In this document: one piece after another, positions 1 to 12,971 of the stretch
Position numbering within the stretch: the stretch's first letter is position 1
How the letters are laid out: the number at the start of each line of letters is the position of its first letter
DNA from: Tubulanus polymorphus
Lineage: Eukaryota; Animalia; Nemertea
DNA length: 64,000 bases
Assembly: GCF_964204645.1 (NCBI RefSeq)
Contig: NC_134025.1
Location: 9,300,001 to 9,364,000, forward strand
Direction: 5' to 3'
Translations under genes and position numbers: made by a program
Notes under the pieces: model-generated
Seen by the model: the letters and a program-made list of their open reading frames with translations, nothing else
What the model was told of the DNA's origin: nothing
Databases searched by the model: none

Positions 1-1023
1 GTTGAATCGGGCATTTTCACTTACTGTAATATCATACCAGCTCGTATGCTGGAAGACTAACGAAGGGTATTCGTTTCATTCTAAGGCAGACGTCGTGATG
101 ATGTGGAACGAAATCAATTCAGATTTGGCCGACGAACAATCGATAGGTATTCACATCAGAAAAGATCACGCGGGGAGTGTGTGTGCGCGTCGGATCAAAT
201 GATTTTTCCCCCTCCCTCTTTTACCCGTTTAGATTTACGTCTCCAGCTGCACCTTCAAACGTCGAGCGAGCGCACAACGACGAGTCTGATTGATAATATG
301 GATTGAAACATGCACCGAGAGAATGCCGCGCAAGATGACAATCATTGCAAAAACATCCCTTTCCTTTTTGAAGAAATTTCCTCGTCAATATAAATAACGC
401 GAAACATCGACATCTGTTCGATAGCTCGGTTTTTCATTCGTGCTCCACGATTCTGTACAGATGTTTTACCTGCCAGCATTTCACAGATTGTTTCCCAGTT
501 AGCCCATCCTTTATACTATACTAGGCGCGAAGTCAAACTACGGCTCCTCGCCAAAATCTGATGATGATGTTACCATGCCGCTCTATCGTATTAGTCCGGA
601 TATACAGTGAACCCGCGATATGCCGCCCTCCCATATACCGCCACCCCCGCATACCACCAGGTTTTCTCAATGTACATCTCAATACAAATACATAGTAAAA
701 CACCCCCGTGACTGTACATGATGAAATTTTTTCTAAAAGAATCGCGTCGATTTTTCTTACGAAATGAAAAAGAAATTCTGCTATTGTTATTTCATATTGC
801 TTGTATTTACTTGTAGTGCTATAACAACGCAGAGGTATGTACCGGTTACGTGATGACGATGATAGGGAACGAGCATCATTCTGTCCATCATTTTTTTCTT
901 GCCTGCTATATATTTCTCATACCCGTCTTCTCTCATTCATCCGTGTTCTCTCTTACAATCTCTAAATACCGTAATATATATATATACATATTATACTAGC
1001 GACATAAGTTCTCGTTATCGATA

Positions 1024-1532
1024 CGAGGGTTGATCAACTTTGCGCAACGACTGAAAAATGATACGAGAAGTGGGATTAAATTTTCACTTCGCGCTGCACA
1101 GCTGCCAATCGTCAATCATTTTTTGGCGCCGTAGAAATTGTTGCAGCAATGTTCATATACATTGATAACTATCATAGGTTATGTACTGATGTAAGGGGTT
1201 TGCATGAGTCCATGTGCACTACGTCATCAACATTGGCGTATATTGTGATTAGATATATTTCATAACTCATATTTTATTGTTGATAATTTCTAATAATTAT
1301 TTTTTCACAAGATGTCAAATATATATCGAGGCTAGTCTATTTGCCATGCAATTGTCGATATATTCAAATGCAATAGTACATTATTGATCCCTAATATAAT
1401 ATAATTCATATTATATTATTTGTTTATTGCCGACAATATTAAGCCATATACTGTACATATTATTTTTCAAGGCTTCAATAAACCTTCGCATTTATTTTCT
1501 TGTTATATATCGCCAATTTTGATCAACCCTCG
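1024..1532. mobile_element. Non-autonomous mariner-like MITE
   Basis: Terminal inverted repeats CGAGGGTTGATCAA (1024-1037) and TTGATCAACCCTCG (1519-1532). TA on the left flank, TC on the right. No ORF inside. Confidence 0.65.
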
Positions 1533-2661
1533 TCTGAAATCCTGTGCACATTTATTAATTGATGATGAAATGCTTATTTATATATATTAGCATTACTGAA
1601 TGTGCTGGGTATGTAACATTAACTTAGCGATGTTAGTCGTTAAAAACAAATTCACATTAATCATAGTTGTGACATCGTTTCTAGGGCAGAGTACAATCCA
1701 AGTTCTTATGCTATTGTAGCACCTATTTTCAGTCCTATTTCATTAATTTTGACGATTTAATCATTCGAGCTTATTATTTTTTCTTATATGAATAAATTTC
1801 GCAGAACTTTTACTATTGTTGGTAGATCTCCGTCGTTGATTTTGATTATATCAATGAAAATATAGATTTTATTTGTAAGCTTCATTCTGATTTTTCTTTG
1901 ATGCATGATTGGATATTGAGCCGATGAACCGACTAAGCCAGTGCCCGTTTTATTCGAAGTTGCAAAATTCACTGTTAGTCTTAGTTAGAACTGAGCCACT
2001 GTTACACACTCTAATAGTTTGATTAGATCATGCTACTGGGCACTTTCATTCACTTGTTTTATACTTTGAATACCATGTTTCTTGTTTCATGATGTTTCTT
2101 TCCCTTAACCCACCTACTTGGCGCCATTGTCAAAAATATAGTACATGCTATTGATTTCTTGAATTAAAAAAGGTTTCTTGCTAAGATTACTCACAATGAA
2201 TGCTGCATGTAATTAACAAGCTATTTAATTAATGATATTAATTAGATTATCTAGTCCGAAAGAAATCGGACCTTAACCGTAGCTAAGATAATTGTGGTGT
2301 TGATTTTTCAAAGATAGATAAATCCCTGTTCTTCATATGGTGAAGGGACTTCATTCGATGGTTGGAAATTGTTTTTTTTAGGTAGATTTCGGGAAATAAT
2401 ATTTCTGATTTGATTGGCAAGAAAATTCCTGTTTCAACGGTGAAATGATGCATTCACATTGCTGAAGCTTTTTTTTCATGTATTTTGTATGAGGGGAAAT
2501 GTGAACAATTCTCTTTAATCATCTTCGAAATGCTATCTATGCACACACAATTCCATTTTCTTTTCAGTTTTCTTTTCAATGGTGAAAATACTGACGACGA
2601 CGGTGATTTACGCCGCCTCTAGAAAAAAGTCTAATGCATTGATATCAATTTGTCACTTCAG

Positions 2662-4973
2662 AAACAGGACGGGGCATCTTCGCGAGACTTCAAAACCGTT
2701 AAAACCCGAGAACAAGTGCAAGATTCGTTGAAATTCTTCACTGATAATAACAAAAATATACAGGTAAGACATTGCAACGACGATATCCGTTGATTCATAA
2801 TGCATTTTTGTCTAATAATTGTCTACCTATGTGAAGTTTAGGGCAAAATTAAACGTGCATTCATCATGCCATCATTATTTATGTTTTCAATACTGCGCAG
2901 ATAAGAATTATTAATCGTTTTGAACAAATTACGTATTTTTCAGATAAAAATGCCCTGTATTTGTATACCTTGGCATATCAGGTATATGCGTACATGTGTT
3001 TACTCAACTTTATATTTGTATTTCTATTATATTTTTAGATGAAATACATTCGCCGATTGAAAGCCATTAAAGCTACTATGGAAACCTCTGAGTTTTTCAT
3101 GACGCACGAGGTAAATTCAATAGAAAGACCTTATCTGAAACCATGCATGAAGCAAATCTGCCACAAAAATGGCCGATAGTGTCCTAATCCCTTTTTTTAG
3201 CCCACTTGGGACTTTAGTCCCAGCGGGCTATTGCGTTCACTTTTCGTCCGTCGTCCGTCCGTCCGTCCGTAGAAGGAATCCAGTTATTTTGGGAAGTTTT
3301 GAAGACGCTTCAAGGTAATGTCTTGATATTTGGGTTACACATGTATCTACCCTAGACACATCTTCAGCCCAAAAACTGGCCCTGTCAGATTCAACATGGC
3401 CGACTGGCAGCCATTGTTGTTCGCCAAAATCAGCACTTTTTACACATTTTTGAACTTTTTGAGGGAAATTTTGAAGACGCTTTGATCAATTACCTTGATC
3501 TTTCGGATATATGTGAATTCCCCTAGGGCCCATCAGCATAACAAAAATTGGGTCGATCGGACTCAAGATGGCCGTCCTATGACCTTTTTAGTGCCCAAAA
3601 ATGTTAATTTTGGCCCAAATTCTGAGTCCTGTAGCTTCCTACTGGTTTATCATTTCTCATTGCAATTTGTGATGGGTATTCTTTGGAAAGGGATGTTTAA
3701 TACCTGAGACAGGTATTTTTTATCAGCCAATTATGACGCAATTGGCGGCCATCTTGGTGTCAGCAGTAATCATTCGTAAGTGGGAAAAAAGTTTTTCCAC
3801 ATTCCATATTGATACCTAAGCGTATTTTGTTACCACAATCATTTAGAAAGTTGTAGCTCATAACGTGTTCTATGATTGTGGTGAGTTTCAAGGTCATTGG
3901 TTTTTGTATATGGCCACCAGGGGGCGTTGAATAATGCAATATCTTAGTATTTCTATATTATATTCGTATCAATGCATATTTTGTAACGACAATCAATTGC
4001 AAAGTTGTAGCTCATGACATCATCTATGATTGTGGCAAGTTTTAAGGCCATTAGTTATTCTATATGGTCACCAGGGGGCGTTGAATAGTAGAATAACTTA
4101 GTACTTCTTTATTATATTGGTACCTAGGCATATTTTGTTACCATGATTTATTACAAAGTTATAGTTCGTGACATGTTCTATGATTGTGGTGAGTTTCAAG
4201 GTCATTGGGTTTAGAATATGGTCACCAGGGGGCGTTGAATAGTAGAATAACTTAGTATTTCCATATTGAAGTGGTAACGAGGCATATTTTGTTATCACAA
4301 TCAATTACACAATCGTAGCCGCTGACATGTTCTATGATTGTGGTGAGTTTCAAGGTCATTGGATTCTGTATATGGTCACCAGGGGGCGTTGAATATCGAA
4401 ATTGTTAGATTGTTGAGCATTTGGAACCACTTCCCAAGTGGGCATGGTGTCCCTGGACCCCTAGTTTTTAGTAACAAGAGCTTATCAATTATCACATGTA
4501 TTAATCATTTAAAATTTTTCCATGGTATAAGCTAAAACTGCTTGCAAAACCCTTACAAATCGGTCATGGACCTTGCTAATACACTGCATACATTAATTAT
4601 CAATTAGTTAGGAGGTGGGTTAAGATTTCTATTCACATCGTTTGCAATAAATGAGTCCTGTATGATTGTATTATAGATAATTGGAAGCTCTCTACTGTTC
4701 GTCCACGATCACAAGGAGCGAGCTAGTATATGGATGATCGATTTCGGAAAGAGCATGGCGCTCCCGGACGGACGTAAAATAACGCATTCAAATAAATGGA
4801 TCGAAGGAAATCTAGAAGACGGGTATTTGATAGGACTTAATAATTTAGTCGATATTTTGGACTTATTAGTTTCTCTACACGGTGACGGCAGCAGCAATTC
4901 CGAAGAAATGACGAACAACAATAAAGAAGATGATAGCGCCAGTAATTCAGCAGCTGATCAAGAACAAACGTAA
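2662..4973 (+). CDS. ITPK: Inositol-trisphosphate 3-kinase (IP3K/ITPK family), last three coding exons; 5' part lies upstream of the window
   Basis: Exons 2662-2763 ([26 protein letters not shown]...), 3039-3110 ([24 protein letters not shown]) and 4677-4973 ([11 protein letters not shown]...WMIDFGK...[11 protein letters not shown]) are all AG/GT bounded and phase 0. The SSLL, IDFG and EDGYL motifs are IP3K-family hallmarks. Confidence 0.93.
3199..4464 (+). mobile_element. Helentron-associated / DINE-1(HINE)-like non-autonomous rolling-circle element with internal tandem repeats
   Basis: Inserted in T-runs. 5' subTIR GCCCACTTGGGA (3200-3211) folds with a nearby inverted copy. (GTCC)n microsatellite at about 3245-3270, then internal repeat arrays, a 3' subTIR TCCCAAGTGGGC (4432-4443), a short stem-loop and CTAG-TTTT. 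This is the canonical HINE/DINE-1 layout. Confidence 0.85.
3800..4395 (+). repeat. About 4 x 154-bp tandem repeat inside the HINE-like element
   Basis: The core CCAGGGGGCG recurs at 3917, 4071, 4225 and 4379 (period exactly 154). The flanking TCTATGATTGTGG..AAGG.CATT is conserved. Confidence 0.95.
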
Positions 4974-5254
4974 TTAAAACCGAAATGACAATTTGTACAT
5001 ATTGAAGAGTTGCAGCTACTTACTTACCAACTACTACATAATATATAGCGTATAATACAAAGTGGTTGACTGTTTCTGGCAGTTTCTAAATCTGAGATGG
5101 TCTTCTTGCGCGTGCCCATAACGCGGTGTATTTATCTATGAATGTAGCAGAACGCGTGTTCACCTTGTTCTAATCTTTTCGAATTGGTGGTATTTCTATA
5201 GCCCGCCTGGGCTTATGTATTACTCGGCTTCATGAAGTTGTCTTATCATATCAC

Positions 5255-5440
5255 CAGGCGGATCCAGGCCATATTCTAGATATTCATTGAAATTTGAAAT
5301 ACCTAGGAAGCCTTCGGAACGCACCAATATACAAACCACGCTGCATGTGCTCTCCAAATTTGGACATGTTCTCGTGCCCTTGGCCATGTTGGCTGAAGTG
5401 GTGTGTGCCCATATTTTCTCGAATCCTGGATCCGCCCCTG
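5255..5440. mobile_element. MITE with CAGG(GG)CGGATCCAGG-type termini
   Basis: CAGGCGGATCCAGG ... CCTGGATCCGCCCCTG inverted termini. The same terminus type occurs at 10582, 31787 and 60633. Confidence 0.7.
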
Positions 5441-5558
5441 ATAGTTCTTGGAATTCATCTCGATTGTATGTACTTCAGCTGTACAAACAAGGGCGTTAAT
5501 CGAAGAATTTCCTCACGTTTTGCAAAAAGTTACGATCATCCAATCTTCTAATGTAATA

Positions 5559-5804
<246 letters not shown>

Positions 5805-8800
5805 CATGATTCTTCACGATTTGCTTGATATAATGTGGAAGTCAATGTTTCAGGTGGATTTTATTTCAAATGTAAAGTATTCATATCATTCTTTCCATTT
5901 TTGGCTGGAAAGTATCGTCGTATTCATAGAAACGAAAATGTCAAAGTATTTCGAGAGTATGTCGAGATTAAAATCTTTTTTCACCTAGGATATATCAGTT
6001 ATTCCCATTAATACTTACATGATCAGTATCAATTCGATTGTCAATGCCTCTGGGTTATTTTTGATATTACTGATTAAGCCTTTTTGTTCATTTTGTATCA
6101 ATGTGGAAATTCAAATAAAAGCAATAATTATGTGAAGTTACTGTTGATTGGAATACATCGTAACCAATCCCATATTCTATGTATAGATATTTGGATTTTG
6201 TGTTGGAAATCATTGTACCCATTGTTTGTTGTGCTATAAGTGCACTGTGTATCAAAGAAATGACTTTGTGGTATGTCCCAATGTCGGCTACACCAGACTG
6301 GTACGTACAGAAAATGCACCCGGCCCCTTTTTGTAACAAAAATGATTCTGCATGGATAGATTTTTTTTAGCGAGATTCATGCCTGTCAACCCCTGAGCAC
6401 AGTCTCTCGTACATGAAATTTTTTCTCTGACACAAAATCGGGTAACAAAAATCGAAAATATTATTTACCCAATACATGCCAAACTACTTTTGTTTTTATT
6501 GATATTGATTAATGATTATGTAAATGTCAGGCTTTCACTCATACAGTACAATGTTCATGTACCAGGGTATATGTATATATATTTTCAATATTCCTAATTT
6601 CTAAGGCTTCTGAAATTTCATCATCCCGTAACATGATGCCTGTATGCCATAGGCGTGAATGAAAATCTCGATTTCTCATTCAAAATACGGAAAATCTGGG
6701 TCGACGGGCTTGGCGATTAAATATTTCAGAATTATCAGTTTTTTTCATCAACAATAGCCCCTTGGACGAAAGTTCTATTTTTCATTTTTCACTCTGAAGT
6801 TTAATTTGTGAGACTAATTTCATTAGTAAAGGTATTAACACACTAGCCCCCGGCCAAGGGTTTGAACGCTGTTTTAGCCATGTTCTCAATTCCTTTCCTA
6901 CGAAATTTCGTACATATCAATTGCAATATAACATAATACTCGTAATTTGAGCTCAAATTTTAATGTAACTCCATTTGCCAAAACACACTCGAGTGAATGT
7001 GAAACATAACCATGATAATTATCTGCAATGTCCAAAGATAATGTTTGCTTCATTAAGAAATAAAATATCTAATAGCCTGTTCAACTAAATGCATTTTTCA
7101 ATCCGATTCACATATTATCTCAAAATACTTTTTCTGTAACATTTTTCAACTAACCCTTTGATATTTTTCTCGGTACATGTATCATTATTATTCGTGGATT
7201 TTATAAGGAACCACTGAATTGAACCTGTGCATACTACCAACTTATGAATATCCCTAGTCAGATTTGAAGATATTTTCCGATCATTTTCTTGTCTTTTTTC
7301 CAATAGATATTTGAAACTAAGAATAGCGTTGTATAGTCTGACCGAAACCTAGTATATTCGAAATCAAAATTATGTATATTTGACGAATGCAGTGAAGGTA
7401 GCAGCTAGATTACCAATTAGTTTAGGCCTATCAATTTGCTCTAGTAAGATCTGTCTAAATTGAAGGCTGCAAATTAGATGATTTTCTATTGGTAAATGAA
7501 AAGATCTCTGTATTGACTGGGAGAGGAGACAATCTATGAAAAAGCTTTTATCTTAAGAAAAACTTTTCAACTGGTCATTTACACTTTCTATGTTTTTTGA
7601 AATATCGCTATTTGTAAAAAAAAGAGATGCCTATATGTATTATGCTCTGTTCTTTGAATATAAGAGATTTAAATGCTATATTGTTACCATCAATATTATC
7701 ATTATTATTCTGTCATTTGAATGTGTGTATGATATTGTATGTGATATTTCTCTTCGATTCTTTTCATGTTGAAACTATTGAAAAACGAAATAAAACCTTT
7801 TTACTATGTACATCATTCGTGGTTCATATTTTATATTGCTCCTAGCACTATAGATGCATAGCCAGCTTATTTCGGAGTTTCATTCCATATTCTAAATGGT
7901 CCTTTTGGATCAATGAATGACCGGGTTTAACAAATGCCGTCAACTATTCAGTGTAATGTGGGATTCGAACCCTCATTTTGACACACATGCGGAAGTAAAT
8001 GTGACATGCGGAAATGCTACCATGGCGTATTAATATACGGCTAGAAGTGTTAATTGATATATAATGCCTACTTGACCACCAATGGACATACTCAGCCACA
8101 AGAATTCTGTAAGATCAGACCATGTTATTATCATTGGCGAAGAGCTGTGAAGAGCTTTCAACATCAAATCCAACCATATAAAGTTGCTAATTCAGCGTCG
8201 ATGATAGGTGTCTACTCTGCTAACCAGAGGCAGAGCTGGTGAGCAAAAAAGTGTTGAGATAATATTCGAAAAGCCTATGGGTCTACCCTTTAGCCATATA
8301 GCTATAACCACTATAACCATTGGGGTTTGAATGGATTAAGGTTATTGTTAATCCATCGATGTCATCATTGTTGCGACTAGAATCTTTTGTTGCGTCATAA
8401 GCGGTAGATGAGGATGATGAGCCATGTTCTGGTGTCAAATCATTAATATGAAGATGGAAGATGGTGGCCTAGTACTGGTTTTAAGTTAACTGGATTTTGA
8501 TAGAAATTGAGCTTTCGCTACTAAGTGCATAGTTGCTTCATGAAGCGGCCATACACTGTATAGCGAAAGCTTGTATGTCTTCAATAAAATCAAGTTAATT
8601 TTACCTAAAAAGTACGAACATTCATCATATACATCCTTTAGGGTTATCATTGTATGTTGTTGCAAGTTGAACTCGTTTAACAAAGTTCGAAAATGTCTGT
8701 CATTGTCACCAATCACCAACCTCTTCAGCAGAGGCGAAAAACCTGTCTATCAATTAGCATTGCATTGATGATATAAAAGGTGTCCTTCCTGTATTGATTG

Positions 8801-9828
8801 ATGCAAGGATTTGGAAACTCCTCGGAAAAAAGCTCAGACAAACGTTATTTAGCCATTTTAAGAAAAGTAATTTTAATATATTGCTTTACTATGTGTCTTT
8901 CAACAGGATGAAATCTGTGTCGAAGATTGTGAAGGATGAACCAGAAAGTATTTGTAGTGAAACTGATTGTTGTAACACACAGGCCTCTCATTTTGGCATC
9001 GGTGAGTTCAATGAAACAATGTTGAGACATATTCGAAAATAGGCCTACCCTTAAAGGCACCTAGCTATAACCATTATTTTGAGATACTAGTTGTTCATAT
9101 TTTGAAAACTGGGTAAAGAATTTTTATATTTCACCATCATTTAGATTCTTCTATAGACCCATATTCACCTTTCTAATATTCCTTTTTTCTATATTTTCAT
9201 TATGATATTCATTAATTTCCATCTTAGAATATAGAATAGGATGCCAGAACTACCCTTATTTTTCATGCTACGAAAAAACGCTGTCAATATCCATCTGAGT
9301 ATTGACAGCTTGGTTGCTTTCTTAGGTATCATCTGAAAACTAGGGCCCTGTAAAATTACTCTTAAAATTGATTCAATCTCTTCAATTATTTTATGTCAAG
9401 TCGACTTATGAGTTCGTCCTTTACGTAAAAGCAGGGTCACATGTGGTTCTGCTGCTGCATTCATTGTAGGATACGGAGTTGGAGTGATTCAATTGCAAAA
9501 TGTTAATCTATATTTAAACTGCGGAAAAGATGGCTCACGCAATTTAATTGCTGTGTGCCCTGTGAACGGAAAACAGTATCATTATACTGATTCGTTGTCT
9601 TGACGCGCCGCATTAAAACATCTTTGATTCACAGCAGGATGTCATGCCAACCGGACTACTAGTATACATGATACATGTACGTTCTAGTAGTTCATGTGTC
9701 AAGCGTCGGTGGTTGTGTAATGATGTGTCATGTAATGCAGAACAGTAGGAAAGATGCATCAGTCATTAGCTTCGTCAATACAAAGTTTTAATTGTTCGTC
9801 GGGAGGAAATTAATTTGTTCATTTGAAG

Positions 9829-12133
9829 ATGTTTTCTGGTCATGCTGCTAGTATAAATTCAATGAAACGTCAACATGATGTGGTATTTGATTTGATGCCG
9901 ACTATATCAGGTATGCTAATCGATATGTGTATCTTATCTCATTATATTATTATTGATTGTTGATAAATCTTGATTCTAGACTCAATACCCGGTACATTGT
10001 GTACAGCAACAATCAAATTAGATATTCGTATTACATCCAGGTTACAGGTAAGAGACACAGCACCTGAAATGATGTGTCCAACGCTAAAGAATTATTATTA
10101 AGGAAACTCTTTAAAATATGAATCGAAGTCAAAGACAGGTCGTCAGGAGGACAATTTCCTTTTATGATTTTATGATTGTTACAATACAATCTATCCTATA
10201 AATCTAGGGTTCTATCCAATACACGGTACTCAAGTTAGTTGGTGATTTGTATTCTTTAATGTCAGAATCCACATTTGATTCTGGATAATCGTACATCATC
10301 AGTTATTCAGTTACGTTATCATATCTTTAAATACTGGTATAGGTTGTTTATTCATTTAATTCTATACCTTAGGAATGAAGCCCACGATTATCTAACTTTT
10401 TATCTGGCTTGTCTTCTTAGTATTTCTTTATCTTCTGCTTAGAAATGTTTGATGATTGCTAGTTTGCATAATTTTGTGGTTTAGAATAGATCTTAAGGAA
10501 TCTCCAATTCCAATCGCGGGACTTCACTCAGTTGTGTTTGTGGCTTAAAGTTTTACCCTACAGTTAAAAAATTGAAGATACCAGGGGCGGATCTAAATGA
10601 TAGCACAAGGAGCACTGCTCCTGTTTCAATTTTTCTGATATCCGTTTGAAAATACAAAGACAATATTTTTCAGGCTACTTTTTCCACCTGCAACTAATGA
10701 CAGCAGCTGCGTGGTTACCGAACTTGCCGTTTTTCAGTATATCAGCCCTTTTCATTTCTTTGTGCTCCTGTCAAAGTCTACCCCTGAGTACTAAGAGAAT
10801 TCACATCAAAGGAAGCGGATTCGAAAGGTTTTTTCGTGTAAGTTATTATAAGGATTGTTTCGATGTTATGACTAAGAGAAATTGTTACGTGTCATTTCAG
10901 ATCCTGAAGAAATCACAGACTACGCGAAACGATCAAAAACTACCGATTCATTGGACATAGTCGCCGAACAGGTGCGATTATTACATATTCAGTCTTATAA
11001 AAACCATTCAGAAATCATTTTCAATTCCAAGAGATGAAGAATTGTATATCTTGATCTTGATGAATTACTGCGTCTTTCACCGCGTTGACGTGTATTGGTG
11101 ACGCAGGGGGTAGGCTTGATTGTTTAGTTTGTGGGCTTTGAGGTAGGCCTATATAAGCCTATGAATGTTTTGGAATGACCTGGAACGAGTCTTCTGAACT
11201 TTTGAACTTAAAAGCTATAATATGTGTGAATCTCTTGCCTGTTATTGTGCAATGCTATCATTACTTAGGCCGGTATTTATCACCTTCTTACTCATTTTAT
11301 TTGTACAGAATGATGTTGCAGCTTATGATACGTTTCAATGGCAAATCAACAATTCAGCTGATACTGCTATGGCAATGGATACTTGGATGGCACCGGGGGC
11401 ATTGCCTCACATTGCACCATGGCAAAATACAATGGCCCCAGCTTCTCAATGGGTACCGACTACATGCAGCGTACTTACTCAACCACAAAATAATCAGTTA
11501 CATACTTCGATGCCAGTTTTCGTAACGAGCCTAGCTGCTTCATCTCAAACAATGAAAGAAACTCATGTTCAAATTTCACCAGCTCCAACTCTATCAAATA
11601 ATGTGCCTTCAGTTTGTGAACAATCCACTGCCGTTAGTCATCAACCTACGGCTAGCTGTTCGAACCAATTCTCGAGGAAGGATGGTTCATCCTTACGATT
11701 ACATAATATCCAGGCCAAAAAGGACTCTCCTCACATTAAGCAAATGGCGCAGCAGAATTCTAAAGATCCCCGCCTGAAAAAAGTTATGGATGCTCTCGCA
11801 AATATCAAATCTAATGCAAAGACCAAATCTCAGACATTGGACTCGAACAGTGCGGTGAATTCTGCTTCGAACGACGAAGAAGCGTCAAAACGAAAACGAT
11901 TTTTGCGAACAGCTCACGAACTCGAGCAATCAGGACTGTTGAAATATACAATTCAAACCGCTAATCTTATCCACGAAAATGAGAAAACTCAACGCGAGAT
12001 CAACGCGTTAAACATCGAAACGAACAAATTGTTGCAGTCGATCCTCGATAACCCAGAAAATGCTCATATTCTTAGTTCAATTTTATCTCAGAAGTTGGAA
12101 CCTTGGTATGGTATCTATACGAATACCCAATGA
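9829..12133 (+). CDS. CIPC: CLOCK-interacting pacemaker (CIPC)-like protein
   Basis: The C-terminal KRKRFLRTAHELEQSGLLKYTIQTANLIHENEKTQREINAL resembles the CIPC conserved block (RRFxNTxxxLxxSGLLxITxxTxELIxxNxxTQxExxxL). Phase-compatible exons are 9829-9910, 10901-10971 and 11309-12133. The 5' exons are less certain. Confidence 0.75.
10582..10786. mobile_element. Degenerate MITE (CAGGGGCGGAT... family)
   Basis: CAGGGGCGGATCT ... AGTCTACCCCTG imperfect inverted termini in a CIPC intron. Confidence 0.55.
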
Positions 12134-12971
12134 TATATTATGTATATATTCATTGTTATACTATTGACTTGTTTCTGGACCAGTTTCATGATGTTTCAGT
12201 TTATTGAACATATGAAGTAACTGATGGCATCTATTTTTTGTGAAATGGTGAGTACGCAGGTCACTCCTTATCTCACGCATCCTTATTCTGAAGCTATTTT
12301 CCTGTAAATTGTTTTTAAAGCGATCTATTGACAACTTGATTAAATACTCGTTATTGTACATTGTACAAACTGTGTACCGGTATATCAAACTGTTCTGTGC
12401 TCATAGAGAAGTGTTTGCTTATTCAAGCAACAAACAATGGAAAAATCCAATTTATTAAATCCAAAAACTGTTCATATAAAGGTTTAGAATGGTCTTGAAT
12501 CTTAGCCTTGATCAAAATTTTGGCCTAATGATGACAATTTTAGCCAGTTCAGTATGCTGTCTTTATATTGGGAAAACCTAGTTATCTGCATTTCATTCCT
12601 TTAAAATGCAGCCAGTAGTCCGGTATTCGAAATGTAATCTTATCATTTCCATTAATCTGTGATAAATGACTTGAAATCCATCCAACAATGACCTTTACAT
12701 TATCCGTTTATAAAACTGGGTAAATTCCGTCTAAATATACATGAAAGTGATATACGAATGATTATAGTAAGTTAGATATTTTATTCATAAAATCACAATG
12801 AAAGACGTCATCATACATAATACATGTACATGATTGTGTTATATTGAATGAATTCAATAAAGTCTGTTACATTTTATAACTGTTAGCTTTAAAAAAGCAG
12901 GTATTAAGGGTAAAAGACTGTCTGTTTGAATCGATTATCTCATAACAATTGATCTAAACAATAGCTCAATA

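Noticed and set aside
604-716. Tigger-like left end CAGTGAACCCGCGATAT
   Set aside because: Only about 5 bp of inverted match at the other end; too weak to call.
3800-4395. Regularly spaced conserved motif resembling a CRISPR array
   Set aside because: The entire 154-bp units are homologous (no unique spacers), the context is eukaryotic, and there are no cas genes.
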